From Oscillospiraceae bacterium (GTDB lineage Bacteria; Bacillota; Clostridia; Oscillospirales; Oscillospiraceae), in the NCBI GenBank assembly GCA_015068495.1, contig SVKL01000008.1:13892-77891 (forward strand): 64,000 bases of DNA, read 5' to 3'. Below, piece by piece: positions 20,685-30,381 of the stretch (positions are counted from its first letter, which is position 1; every line of letters starts with the position of its first letter). Position numbers and translations under genes: made by a program. Under the pieces are notes generated by a model that was not told the DNA's origin, ran no database searches, and was given only the letters and a program-made list of their open reading frames with translations.

Positions 20685-21299
20685 TTATATTTTCTCACCG
20701 CGCATCAGCTTAACAAGAATGTCTGTGCAGGTTTCGATACCCAGTCTGCTGCTGTCAAGGCTGATGTCATAGTTTTGCGCCTGACCCCAAGTGCGGCCGG
20801 TGTAGTGCTGATAGTTCACCTTGCGGCGCTTGTCTTTTTCGTTTAACCGCGCCTGAGGGCTCTTTTCAGATTCGCCGTAAAGCCGTACGATTCTCTCTGC
20901 ACGGTAGTCCTTGTTGGCGTAAATAAAAGCGTGCAGGCAATCGGGACGGTCTTTAAGGATGTAGTCTGCATTTCTGCCCACGATTACGCAGGGACCTTTT
21001 TCTGCCAGCTGCATAATGACATTGCATTGAATACTCCACAAAAAATCTGCCGTGGACAGTCCGTTCATAACGCCCGGTACACCCTGAGAGGCGAAGGCGT
21101 AGGAGAATATACTTTTTCCGGGAGAGTGCTCGCCGTGTTCTTCCACAAACTTAGATGCAAAGCCGGACTCCAGGGCTATGTGTTCGACCAGTTCTTTATC
21201 ATAAAACGGAATACCCAAAGCTTCCGCAACCTGATGACCGATGGTACGACCGCCGCTGCCGAATTCACGGCTGATTGTGATCATTTTCATTTTTTCCAT
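20685..21299 (-). CDS. Cytidylate kinase-like family protein
   Basis: ITISREFGSGG, CVIVGRNAD, DKRRK..Y, YDISLDS; ATG 21299 after AAGGAGG. Confidence 0.88.
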   Translation of the reverse strand: MEKMKMITISREFGSGGRTIGHQVAEALGIPFYDKELVEHIALESGFASKFVEEHGEHSPGKSIFSYAFASQGVPGVMNGLSTADFLWSIQCNVIMQLAEKGPCVIVGRNADYILKDRPDCLHAFIYANKDYRAERIVRLYGESEKSPQARLNEKDKRRKVNYQHYTGRTWGQAQNYDISLDSSRLGIETCTDILVKLMRGEKI

Positions 21300-21399
21300 A
21301 GTACGTCCTCCTTTTAATTTGTTAATTATATTATAGAGGAACAGCGGAAAATTGTCAATCATTCATTAATAAAGGGTGCACACATGTGCACCCTTTTTA

Positions 21400-23298
21400 T
21401 TATTTGATTTTAATTCCGCAGACAAGACCGCCGCGTGTACCTACAACCAGTGTGTTTTCGTATACAGCAGGGGATGCCTCAATGTTGGTTTCCAAGGAGA
21501 TTGTGGACAGGGTCTTGCCTGTGCCATCCAGCATTGTCAGGTTGCCCATAGAATCGCCTACAACAATGTAGGCGTTGCCGGACTGGTCATAGACAGCAAC
21601 AGGGGAACTCCAAGAGTAGTTGTCCATAGCTTTTTCCCAGACGATTTCGCCGGTTTCTGTGCTGATGGCAACCAGCTTGCCGTTCCATTCGTTGGGGGTA
21701 CGGGCCACAGTGTAGAGGATAAGGCCCTCAAGCTGCGTGCCGGGCTTGCCCAGCAGCGGGGAAGACTGAACGCCGCCGGAAACGCCGCTGACTGTGTAGC
21801 AGTCAAACTTCTGTTCCCAAACAATCTCGCCGGTTTTTGCGTTGAGCTTGTAGATGCTGATATAGCCCTTGCCGCCGTTTGCTGTCCAGTGCAGGGAGGG
21901 GGCGGTGTAAATGTAGCCGCCATCCAAACCGGCCCACTCAAAGACAGGGGTGGAGTTGGAATCATCCCGGGTGTCCTGCGCCCATACCAAGGACATAGTA
22001 TCCAAATCAATGCAGAAGAACATACCGTCATTTTCAGAGATATACAAATATCTGTCCACAATCACAGCGCTGGGCTCATAACCGACCCAGTGGGTGTTCT
22101 TGTTGGAACGGCTGGTCGCATATCTTGTTTTAACAATTTCCTCCGGCGCGATGGTCAAGGAGCCGGCAGCTTTGTCATAGGCGGTGTTTAGCTTTATACT
22201 GTAAAGCAGTCCATTTTCGCCGGGCCAAATCAAGGTGTCGGTTTCCTTGTCTACCAAAGGCGCAGAGTCGAAAGCGTACCATTTGCGGTCGCCAAAGGCA
22301 TCCATACCGCTCTTTTCGTACAGTATTTTGCCGTCAATCAAGCTGATAATATACATTCTGGGCGTTTTGCTGCCAATGTCATCACCGGAGCCCACATACA
22401 TAAGGGGATATCCTCTGGGATCCAAAGAGCCGGCACCCTTGAAGTTCATACCCACATTGATGGGGTCACGGGTGAATGAGCCGTCATCCAAATCGTAGAA
22501 GTAAATGTTTCCGTCCAGCGTTGCGTAGATAACCTCAACCAAATTTTCCTTTGCCTTCTTATCGGCGCGCATATTCATAATGGCTTTGGTTTCTGCATCC
22601 CATTTGACCATTAGGGGCTGGCCGGTCCAGCCGCATCCGGGCCATCCGTTCAGAGAGCCAACATTGTTCTTTACCCATTGCTTCTCCAGCACTTTTTCGG
22701 TAACGGTTGCCGTGCCGTAAACAGCGCTGTTGCGGAAGTTGTTGCCACGGAAGGTAGCAATGCCGGGAAGCGCGAAGTATTCCTCCGGTTTGCCAAAGGA
22801 GATGGGATTCGCCGTTTGATAGCTGTCTACCACAGCGCCTTTGTTGATGATTTCCCACTTGATGCCCCATTTGTCCGGATTGCTGGAGTCAGCCATTGTC
22901 GGGGTGAAGGTAGGCTCGGGAACAGGGTCAGTAGGTTCAGCGCTCTGCTGTGTCGTGTTGTCAGTTGTGTTTTGAATACTGCTTCCGGTTGTGGAAGGCG
23001 CCGGTGTGGAATCGTCATTGCCTGCTTCCGCCATTTTTTTACCAACAGAGCAGTAACGGAAGGCGCAAGCAATCGTACATATCAGAACAAAAACAGTAAC
23101 AATGCGCATCATACGCAGGATGGTTCTTTGCGTTCTGCGCCAACTGCGACTGCTTTTGATTTTCACACCTAAAAGGGGGAAGGCAATGCAGCCTGCCGTC
23201 AAAATCACCGAAATGAATACCATCAAAAACATAAGAGGCTTCATACTTTGGTAATGCTGAGCATACAGCGCATTCGCCTGAAGAATCGGGAAATACAT
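21400..23298 (-). CDS. Membrane-anchored PQQ-like beta-propeller protein
   Basis: Two N-terminal hydrophobic segments, T/S/P linker, repeated SSP..., G..VW tryptophan-docking motifs; ATG 23298 after GGAGGAG. Confidence 0.8.
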   Translation of the reverse strand: MYFPILQANALYAQHYQSMKPLMFLMVFISVILTAGCIAFPLLGVKIKSSRSWRRTQRTILRMMRIVTVFVLICTIACAFRYCSVGKKMAEAGNDDSTPAPSTTGSSIQNTTDNTTQQSAEPTDPVPEPTFTPTMADSSNPDKWGIKWEIINKGAVVDSYQTANPISFGKPEEYFALPGIATFRGNNFRNSAVYGTATVTEKVLEKQWVKNNVGSLNGWPGCGWTGQPLMVKWDAETKAIMNMRADKKAKENLVEVIYATLDGNIYFYDLDDGSFTRDPINVGMNFKGAGSLDPRGYPLMYVGSGDDIGSKTPRMYIISLIDGKILYEKSGMDAFGDRKWYAFDSAPLVDKETDTLIWPGENGLLYSIKLNTAYDKAAGSLTIAPEEIVKTRYATSRSNKNTHWVGYEPSAVIVDRYLYISENDGMFFCIDLDTMSLVWAQDTRDDSNSTPVFEWAGLDGGYIYTAPSLHWTANGGKGYISIYKLNAKTGEIVWEQKFDCYTVSGVSGGVQSSPLLGKPGTQLEGLILYTVARTPNEWNGKLVAISTETGEIVWEKAMDNYSWSSPVAVYDQSGNAYIVVGDSMGNLTMLDGTGKTLSTISLETNIEASPAVYENTLVVGTRGGLVCGIKIK

Positions 23299-23331
23299 GT
23301 TTACTCCTCCCATAAATCTTAAACTCATTGT

Positions 23332-23360
23332 ATTATACCACCGAATTTGTTTCGGTGCAA
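23332..23360 (-). promoter_or_regulatory. sigma-A promoter of the beta-propeller gene
   Basis: TTGCAC-17-TATAAT with extended -10 TG on the minus strand. Confidence 0.7.
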
Positions 23361-23390
23361 GGGTAAAGCTGGAAATCATAGTAATTTAGA

Positions 23391-23419
23391 TTGAAAAACC
23401 GCTGTTTTTGTGGTATAAT
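23391..23419 (+). promoter_or_regulatory. sigma-A promoter of tex
   Basis: TTGAAA-17-TATAAT with extended -10 TG. Confidence 0.7.
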
Positions 23420-23445
23420 TTTCTATCATATTGCAGGAGAAAACT

Positions 23446-25602
23446 ATGGAAAACATTATTGAAGCATTATCTCTGGAACTGAAACAAAAGACCGACTATG
23501 TGCGCAATGTTGTGGAGCTTTTGGATGAGGGAAACACCATTCCTTTTATTGCCCGCTACCGCAAAGAGCTTCACGGCAGTATGGACGACACCACCTTGCG
23601 TGATTTGGAAACCCGCCTGAAATATCTGCGGAATTTGCAGGAGCGTAAAGAAGAGGTAATCAAATCTATCGATGCCCAAGAGAAGCTGACCGATGAACTA
23701 AAGGAAGCCATCCTGTCAGCTAAGACCTTGGCAGAGGTGGAAGACCTGTATCGCCCTTATAAGCAGAAAAGACGTACAAGAGCAACAGTTGCCAAGGAAA
23801 AAGGCCTTGAGCCGCTGGCACTGGCGATTTTTGAGCAGACGGGGGAAGATCCCGCAGAACTGGCGAAGGACTATGTTGACCCGGAAAAGGGCGTAGAGAC
23901 ACTGGAAGATGCGCTGCAAGGCGCATCGGATATCATCGCGGAGATTATCTCCGATGATGCGGATATCCGCAAGGCGCTTCGTCTGAAAATGGAGCGTTCT
24001 GCGATCATCTCCGTACAGGCTGTAGATGCAGAAACCGATAGCGTTTACAGGCTGTATTACAGCTTTACCTCCCCGGTTGCCCGTCTGCTGAATCACCAGA
24101 TTCTGGCAATTAACCGAGGTGAAAGGGAAGGCTTTTTGAAAGTATCTGCGGCGCTGCCCGGCGCAGAGGGGCAGGCACTGGTATGCCGAATGGCGCTAAA
24201 GCCCACCAAATGGGTATCTGCTTTTGTAAAGGCCGCGGCAGAGGATGCTTTTGACAGATTGATTGCCCCCAGTATTGAGCGTGAGCTGCGAAACACCTTG
24301 ACAGACAGAGCGGCAGAATCTGCAATTTCCAATTTTGCGCTGAATCTGAAGCCCCTTTTGATGCAACCGCCGGTGAAGGGGTTCGTCACAATGGGCTTGG
24401 ACCCCGGATACAAAAACGGCTGTAAGGTTGCTGTTGTAGACCCGATTGGCCGCGTGCTGGATACAACGGTTGTGTATCCTACCTTCTCTCAGCGGAAAAA
24501 AGAGGAGGCAATTGAGCTGCTTACAGCGATGATCCGGAAGCATAATGTCAAGCATATCGCCATCGGCAACGGCACTGCCTCCCGGGAAACGGAAGCAATG
24601 ACGGTGGAGATGCTCCGGAAGCTGCCGGATGTAAGCTATATGATTGTGAATGAAGCCGGGGCATCGGTGTATTCTGCGTCTAAGTTGGCAGCAGAGGAAT
24701 TTCCCGATTACGATGTAAATCTCCGTTCTGCGGTGTCAATTGCCCGCCGCCTGCAGGACCCGCTGGCGGAGCTGGTAAAGATTGACCCCAAGGCCATCGG
24801 TGTGGGTCAGTATCAGCACGATTGTCCCCAAAAGCGCTTGGATGAGGCGCTGGGCGGTGTGGTAGAGGATTGCGTGAACGCGGTGGGCGTTGATTTGAAT
24901 ACCGCATCTGTCAGCTTGCTGCAGCAGGTTTCCGGACTGAATGGAACGACGGCAAAGAACGTAGTTGCCTATCGGGAGGAAAACGGTGCGTTTACCGCCA
25001 GAAGCCAATTGAAAAAAGTGCCCAAACTAGGGCCAAAAGCATACGAGCAATGCGCCGGCTTCCTGCGTGTGCCGGAGAGTAAGGAGATTCTGGACAATAC
25101 CGGCGTCCACCCGGAGAGCTACAAGGCGGCAGAAACGCTGCTGATGCTGTGCGGTTATACCAAAGCGGATGTTGCCAATGGCGGTCTTGACGAGCTGGAA
25201 AAGCGCTTAGAGCAAATTGGTACGCAAGAGGCTGCCCAGCGCTGCGGCGTAGGTGTTCCCACGCTGGAGGATGTGGTTAAGGAATTGGGAAAACCGGGTC
25301 GTGATCCCCGTGATGACCTACCGGCGCCTATCCTCCGCACAGATGTGCTGGAGATGAAGGATTTGAAGGTGGGGATGGTCCTTTCCGGCACTGTGCGAAA
25401 TGTAATTGACTTTGGTGTATTTGTGGATATCGGCGTCCATCAGGACGGATTGGTGCATATCTCACAGGTGTGCAATCGGAAAATCCGTCACCCGTCGGAA
25501 ATCGTTAAAGTGGGCGATGTGGTAAAGGTTGCCGTTCTGGAAGTGGACGAGCAGCGTAAGCGCATCGGTTTGACAATGAAAAATATCCCCAAAGAGGCAT
25601 AA
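23446..25602 (+). CDS. tex: Tex family RNA-binding transcriptional accessory protein
   Basis: TIPFIARYRKE, YqgF-like GLDPG..GNGTASRET, HhH repeats, C-terminal S1 DFGVFVDIGVHQDGLVHISQ. Confidence 0.94.
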   Translation: MENIIEALSLELKQKTDYVRNVVELLDEGNTIPFIARYRKELHGSMDDTTLRDLETRLKYLRNLQERKEEVIKSIDAQEKLTDELKEAILSAKTLAEVEDLYRPYKQKRRTRATVAKEKGLEPLALAIFEQTGEDPAELAKDYVDPEKGVETLEDALQGASDIIAEIISDDADIRKALRLKMERSAIISVQAVDAETDSVYRLYYSFTSPVARLLNHQILAINRGEREGFLKVSAALPGAEGQALVCRMALKPTKWVSAFVKAAAEDAFDRLIAPSIERELRNTLTDRAAESAISNFALNLKPLLMQPPVKGFVTMGLDPGYKNGCKVAVVDPIGRVLDTTVVYPTFSQRKKEEAIELLTAMIRKHNVKHIAIGNGTASRETEAMTVEMLRKLPDVSYMIVNEAGASVYSASKLAAEEFPDYDVNLRSAVSIARRLQDPLAELVKIDPKAIGVGQYQHDCPQKRLDEALGGVVEDCVNAVGVDLNTASVSLLQQVSGLNGTTAKNVVAYREENGAFTARSQLKKVPKLGPKAYEQCAGFLRVPESKEILDNTGVHPESYKAAETLLMLCGYTKADVANGGLDELEKRLEQIGTQEAAQRCGVGVPTLEDVVKELGKPGRDPRDDLPAPILRTDVLEMKDLKVGMVLSGTVRNVIDFGVFVDIGVHQDGLVHISQVCNRKIRHPSEIVKVGDVVKVAVLEVDEQRKRIGLTMKNIPKEA

Positions 25603-25642
25603 AGAAAAGGTCTGTTATCCATTGGGATAACAGACCTTTTCT
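25603..25642. terminator. Bidirectional terminator tex/glyA
   Basis: Perfect 18-bp stem agaaaaggtctgttatcc / ggataacagaccttttct. Confidence 0.88.
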
Positions 25643-25643
25643 A

Positions 25644-26897
25644 TTACTTATATAGGGGGAATTTCTCGCAAATAGCAGCGACAGTTTCCTTTACTTCCTT
25701 GGCAGTGCCCTCAAAATCACGAGCAGTCATAGCAATACAGCGGGCAATTTGCTGCATTTCCGCTGCGCCGAGACCGCGGGTTGTGACGGCGGCAGTACCG
25801 ATACGCACACCGCTGGTGATGGTGGGCTTTTCCGGATCGCCGGGGATGGCGTTTTTGTTCAGTGTGATGTGATTTTGGTCGCAGCGGGACTGCATTTCCT
25901 TGCCGGTGATGTGCATAGGACGCAAGTCAGCCAGCATCAGATGGTTATCCGTACCGCCAGTGACCAAATCAAAGCCTTCTTCAAGCAGTGCGCCTGCGAG
26001 AACCTTAGCGTTGCTGACAATGTTATGCGCATATTCCTTAAATTCAGGAGACATTGCTTCCTTGAAGCAAACCGCCTTTGCAGCAATGATATGCTCCAGT
26101 GGACCGCCCTGTGTGCCGGGGAATACGGCGGAATTCAGCTTCTTTGCAAATTCCTCTTTTGCCAGAATCAAGCCGCCGCGGGGACCGCGCAGGGTCTTGT
26201 GGGTGGTTGTGGTGACGATGTCAGCGTAGGGGACGGGATTCATATGGGCGCCGCCGGCAACCAAGCCTGCAATATGCGCCATATCCACCATCAGTACTGC
26301 ACCAACCTCGTGGGCAATATCGGCAAAAACTTTGAAATCAATGGCTCTGGGGTAGGCAGATGCGCCGGCAATGATCAGCTTGGGCTGGTTCTTTTTTGCC
26401 ATATCCCGAATTTGGTCATAGTCAATCAAACCGGTTTCGTGGTTTACGTCGTAGGAAACAACGTTGTAATACTTGCCGGAGATGTTGGCGGGGCTGCCGT
26501 GAGACAAGTGACCGCCGTTGGCAAGACTCATACCCATTAAGGTATCGCCGGGGTTTAGCAGCGCAACCTCTACAGCCATATTGGCCTGTGCGCCGGAGTG
26601 GGGCTGTACGTTGGCAAACTCAGCGCCAAACAAATCCTTAGCACGTTGAATACACAGCGACTCCAGTTCGTCAACGTGCTGACAGCCGCCGTAGTACCGC
26701 TTGCCGGGCAAGCCTTCTGCATATTTGTTGGTCAAAACAGAACCCATAGCGGCAATTACAGCAGGGGAGGCAAAATTCTCAGAGGCAATCAGCTCCAAGC
26801 CATCCTGCTGACGGGTCAATTCCTGTTCCATTATTTTAGCAACTTCGTTGTCAAACTGGGAAACGAAGCCAATGGAGTCCAAAGTCTTTGATAGCAT
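25644..26897 (-). CDS. glyA: Serine hydroxymethyltransferase
   Basis: [41 protein letters not shown] (PLP Lys), FPGTQGGP. Confidence 0.98.
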   Translation of the reverse strand: MLSKTLDSIGFVSQFDNEVAKIMEQELTRQQDGLELIASENFASPAVIAAMGSVLTNKYAEGLPGKRYYGGCQHVDELESLCIQRAKDLFGAEFANVQPHSGAQANMAVEVALLNPGDTLMGMSLANGGHLSHGSPANISGKYYNVVSYDVNHETGLIDYDQIRDMAKKNQPKLIIAGASAYPRAIDFKVFADIAHEVGAVLMVDMAHIAGLVAGGAHMNPVPYADIVTTTTHKTLRGPRGGLILAKEEFAKKLNSAVFPGTQGGPLEHIIAAKAVCFKEAMSPEFKEYAHNIVSNAKVLAGALLEEGFDLVTGGTDNHLMLADLRPMHITGKEMQSRCDQNHITLNKNAIPGDPEKPTITSGVRIGTAAVTTRGLGAAEMQQIARCIAMTARDFEGTAKEVKETVAAICEKFPLYK

Positions 26898-26925
26898 AGT
26901 ATATATCCTTCTTTCCTAAATTACA

Positions 26926-26956
26926 AACAAAAGCAGGTAGCCGGAAGACTACCTGC
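26926..26956 (-). terminator. Leader terminator (attenuator) upstream of glyA
   Basis: Minus strand GCAGGTAG-tcttccgg-CTACCTGC followed by TTTTGTT. Confidence 0.75.
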
Positions 26957-26997
26957 ACACACGCAATATAATCCTGACAAGAAATTGTCGGGAATCA

Positions 26998-27083
26998 TAT
27001 CTCCGTCCATTTGCCTGAGAGATTCGGCTAACGCCTTGCACCTTCGGCACACAACTGAATGTGTTCTCCAGAGAGTCCTCCAC
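26998..27083 (-). ncRNA. Glycine riboswitch, single aptamer
   Basis: Minus strand GGACTCTCTGGAGA...GCCGAAGGTGCAA...AATCTCTCAGGCAAATGGACGGAGA carries the GGAGA, CCGAAG and CUCUCAGG core; sits in the glyA leader. Confidence 0.9.
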
Positions 27084-27140
27084 CTCCGGTTCCGGCCAGC
27101 GTATCCGAAGGATTCACAGGGTATTTTGTTTATAGACACA

Positions 27141-27168
27141 ATTATACAGGAAATTTCCTGTTTGTCAA
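27141..27168 (-). promoter_or_regulatory. sigma-A promoter of glyA with a palindromic spacer
   Basis: TTGACA-16-TATAAT; the spacer holds the perfect palindrome ACAGGAAATTTCCTGT (27146-27161). Confidence 0.75.
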
Positions 27169-27191
27169 CAGTAATATAATGGATGCATAAT

Positions 27192-28112
27192 TTATAGATT
27201 TTTCTGGCAGAATGTGTCCAATGCCTCGTCGGTAAGGGAAGGCAGCTGCGCCTTTTGCAAGGACCAGTATTCCGTGTGCTCGGTGTGTTCCCCAGGATTC
27301 AGCGTAACCAGTTCCCCAAGAGATTCCACCTCTAAAAACAGAGGGTTGGTGTAGGTTTCAAAGGCCATACCGCCGTCAGAATAATTGCCGTTGGGGTTGA
27401 CGTGGAAGCGTTTGATAAACAAATCTCCGTGATTGAAATAAAGGGCAAAGCCGTGTTGGCTGTTCATACCGATTTTGAAGTAATCGGTGTTGTCCTTATC
27501 CTGCCGCAATGCAAAATACCGATCCATCCAAGTAAGCCGTTTGTCGTGGATTTTTGCCTTGGGCCAAAGGGTGATATAGCGGTTTGGCTGGGTGTATGTG
27601 TCGGCTGTGGGCTGGGGCGCAATCAGAGTGCCACCGGCAGACAGGGGAGATACGCCCCAAGGCGCCAGCGTAACAGCGGTACTTCCGCAGTTGGTAACTC
27701 TGTGGGTCACAGATACTTGGCTCTCGCTGTCAACGGCAAGCTCAATCTGAAACTGATATCCGTTTTGTTTTTGCGCAGGCGGTGTGAAAATTGCGCCGTT
27801 TTCCGTAAGGGAATACGCTACCGGGTCATTGTCGGGATAATAGGTCTTGGGCATATTTTCCGGAGAAATCCACAGACGGTGACCGCCGTAGATGTACCAC
27901 GTGGCGCCACTGCCGTAAAGCGCATCCATTTCCGGGCTGCTTGCGGAGAACACACGGGCTTTGTCCTCAAACATAATGTTTTCGCCGCCTACAAAGGAGA
28001 AGCGAATGATACGGGGACCAAAGTCCAAGGTGACCAAAAGTGTTATTTTCTCGTCAGTAATTTCAAGGCAGTTGCCAAAGCCTTCATATTCCACAACGCG
28101 CTTATAAACCAT
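27192..28112 (-). CDS. Hypothetical protein, DUF4380-like (galactose mutarotase-like fold)
   Basis: GPRII, GGHRLW.SPE, YTN..FLEVESLG motifs; ATG 28112 after AAAGGAG. Confidence 0.65.
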   Translation of the reverse strand: MVYKRVVEYEGFGNCLEITDEKITLLVTLDFGPRIIRFSFVGGENIMFEDKARVFSASSPEMDALYGSGATWYIYGGHRLWISPENMPKTYYPDNDPVAYSLTENGAIFTPPAQKQNGYQFQIELAVDSESQVSVTHRVTNCGSTAVTLAPWGVSPLSAGGTLIAPQPTADTYTQPNRYITLWPKAKIHDKRLTWMDRYFALRQDKDNTDYFKIGMNSQHGFALYFNHGDLFIKRFHVNPNGNYSDGGMAFETYTNPLFLEVESLGELVTLNPGEHTEHTEYWSLQKAQLPSLTDEALDTFCQKNL

Positions 28113-28179
28113 AACAATGCTCCTTTTGTGTTTATATTTGCAGTATAGCACACGGCGCGGCAAAATTCAATGAATATGT

Positions 28180-28215
28180 AAAATCGACAAGGTTACACAG
28201 AACCTTGTCGATTTT
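28180..28215 (-). terminator. Terminator after tRNA-Ala
   Basis: Perfect 15-bp stem aaaatcgacaaggtt / aaccttgtcgatttt. Confidence 0.85.
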
Positions 28216-28291
28216 TGGTGGACTTGAGGAGATTCGAACTCCCGACCCCCACAATGCGAATGTGGTGCGCTCCCAACTGCGCTACAAGCCC
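28216..28291 (-). tRNA. tRNA-Ala (anticodon CGC), CCA encoded
   Basis: GGGCTTG...CAAGTCC-ACCA acceptor with G3:U70; anticodon stem CCACA-TTCGCAT-TGTGG; T loop TTCGAAT; 76 nt. Confidence 0.97.
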
Positions 28292-28306
28292 AAATAAATC
28301 ACTTGC

Positions 28307-28335
28307 ATTATAATTCCAAAAGAATGGTTTGTCAA
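28307..28335 (-). promoter_or_regulatory. Consensus sigma-A promoter of tRNA-Ala
   Basis: TTGACA-17-TATAAT on the minus strand. Confidence 0.85.
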
Positions 28336-28434
28336 TTGCTTTCCTTATTTTGATGGCCTGTCGCATTTCTGCTATTTCTTTTTTTGCTGAATTGTGATAT
28401 AGTGATGAAAAACGATAGAAAAGAGGTGCTGCCT

Positions 28435-30381
28435 GTGGATTTGCTTGAGGCCCGCGAAGAATACATCAGCGCAAGACGTTTGGCGCAAAAAGAAGTGAAA
28501 GAAATGCGCCTGCAGGGAAAGGATACAGAGCCTGCAGTGCTGGATGATATTTTAGGCGATGACTTTGCCAATACTGCGCAGGAGATCGGTGTGGTCAATA
28601 TCCCCATTGAGCGGATTGTCGGCACCAAGACGGCAGGCCGTATTTCTGCTTTTTCTGCCGGTTTTATGCCCCTGTTAGACCCGGAAACCGAGTTCGCACA
28701 AAAATGGATGCACCTTTGCGCAGACCATATGTCCGACGAGGGAATTCGCAATCCCATTGTCTGCTACGAATACTTAGGGGACTTCTATGTCCAAGAGGGC
28801 AATAAGCGGGTCAGCGTACTAAAGCACTTTGGCGCTTCACAAATTCCCGGAACAGTCTACCGCATATTGCCGCAGATGAGCGAGGAGCCCCACATTAGGG
28901 CGTATTACGAATTTTTGGACTTTTATAAAGCATCCGGTCTGTACGATGTCCGTTTCCGCCAGCCCGGCGATTATGAAAAGCTGATTTCTTACCTGGGCAA
29001 GGATATGGATCAGGTTTGGACAGAGCGGGAGCAGCGAACATTCCGGGCATATTTTCGCTATTTCAAGGAAGCCTTTCACGCTTTACGCGGTGATAAACTG
29101 GACATTCTTCCGGAGGAAGCGCTGCTATTGTGGCTCAAGGTTTACTCCTTCCGTGACTTGGGACAGCTGACCGCAGAGGAAATCAAGCAGGCACTCTTTG
29201 CCCTGTGGGATGATGTGGTGTCTGTTTCTCAGGAAAGTCCTGTGCAGGTGGAAACCGAAGCTGATGTGACGGGTAGAGAGAGCTTTTTGAATATGCTGCT
29301 GCCTACAACCCTGAAGGTTGCATTTGTTTACCAGCTGAATCCTGAAATCAGTACGTGGGCAAAGGGACACTGGGAAGGCGCAGAGTATATGCATAAGGTG
29401 CTTTCCGAAAGAGTGTCTATCCGGCATTATTTCCACGCAGACAGCCCCGAGGAGGCAGAGCAGCTGCTGGAACAGGCGGTGGAGGACGGCGCCAATGTGG
29501 TGTTTGCCACCACGCCAAAGCTGAGCCGTCCGACGCTGAAAATGGCGGTTAAGTACCCCCGGGTCCGGTTTTTGAACTGTTCCGTGGATGCGCCGTATTC
29601 CAGTGTCCGTACATACTACAGCCGGATTTACGAGGCAAAATTTATCACCGGTGCCATTGCCGGCGCAATGGCGAATAATGACCGCATCGGCTATATCGGG
29701 TCTTACCCGATTTTCGGCGTGCCTGCATCCGTCAATGCCTTTGCGCTGGGTGCGCAGCTGACCAATCCCCGGGCAAAAATTGCATTGCGCTGGTCTTGCT
29801 TGGGCGGCAATCCCGTTGAGGAATTCATCCAAAGCGGAATCAATGTGATTTCCAACCGGGATGTTCCCACAGCGGACAAAAAGTACTTGGAATTCGGCAC
29901 ATATGGCACATATATGGTAGAAGATGGGAAGCTGTACCCGTTAGGGTCTCCCTGCTGGCTGTGGGGGCACTTTTATGAAAATGTCATCCGCTCCATTCTC
30001 AACGGCAGCTGGGAAAAGGGAAGAAGCAACCGTCACGCGGTGAACTACTGGTGGGGAATGGACAGCGGCGTAATTGATGTCAAGCTGGCAGAGACCCTGC
30101 CCGAAGGACTTACCCAGCTGTGCAATATGCTCCGGGATGGTTTGCGGAACGGCACTGTGGATCCCTTCCGCAGAAGGCTGGTTGACCAGTTTGGCTGTGT
30201 TCGCAACACCGGCACACGCAGCCTGACCCCGGAAGAACTGCTGCATATGGATTGGCTGTGCGAAAATGTTGAGGGAAAAATTCCGCCCTTTGACCAAATT
30301 GCACCGTTTGCCCAAGATATGGTGAGAGAATTGGGCGTGTACCGTGATACCATTCCTATGGAAAAGGAGGGAGAGCTGTGA
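28435..30381 (+). CDS. ParB/Srx-like N-terminal domain fused to a BMP/PnrA-type binding domain, no signal peptide
   Basis: N-terminal IPIERIVGT..FMPL..PI..YEYLGDFYVQEGNKRVSV; C-terminal KVAFVY..WAKGH..YEAKFITGAIAGAM..IGYIG..NAFALGA..YWWGMDSGVID. GTG 28435 follows AAGAGGTG; ATG 28405 is the alternative. Confidence 0.8.
   Translation: MDLLEAREEYISARRLAQKEVKEMRLQGKDTEPAVLDDILGDDFANTAQEIGVVNIPIERIVGTKTAGRISAFSAGFMPLLDPETEFAQKWMHLCADHMSDEGIRNPIVCYEYLGDFYVQEGNKRVSVLKHFGASQIPGTVYRILPQMSEEPHIRAYYEFLDFYKASGLYDVRFRQPGDYEKLISYLGKDMDQVWTEREQRTFRAYFRYFKEAFHALRGDKLDILPEEALLLWLKVYSFRDLGQLTAEEIKQALFALWDDVVSVSQESPVQVETEADVTGRESFLNMLLPTTLKVAFVYQLNPEISTWAKGHWEGAEYMHKVLSERVSIRHYFHADSPEEAEQLLEQAVEDGANVVFATTPKLSRPTLKMAVKYPRVRFLNCSVDAPYSSVRTYYSRIYEAKFITGAIAGAMANNDRIGYIGSYPIFGVPASVNAFALGAQLTNPRAKIALRWSCLGGNPVEEFIQSGINVISNRDVPTADKKYLEFGTYGTYMVEDGKLYPLGSPCWLWGHFYENVIRSILNGSWEKGRSNRHAVNYWWGMDSGVIDVKLAETLPEGLTQLCNMLRDGLRNGTVDPFRRRLVDQFGCVRNTGTRSLTPEELLHMDWLCENVEGKIPPFDQIAPFAQDMVRELGVYRDTIPMEKEGEL

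Noticed and set aside
28216-28291. tRNA-Ala as an integration site for an island
   Set aside because: I found no duplicated tRNA 3-prime end and no integrase in the window.
28384-28434. Leaderless start at ATG 28405 for the ParB-BMP gene
   Set aside because: The candidate -10 (TATAGT, 28398-28403) is 1 nt from the ATG; GTG 28435 has a proper RBS.
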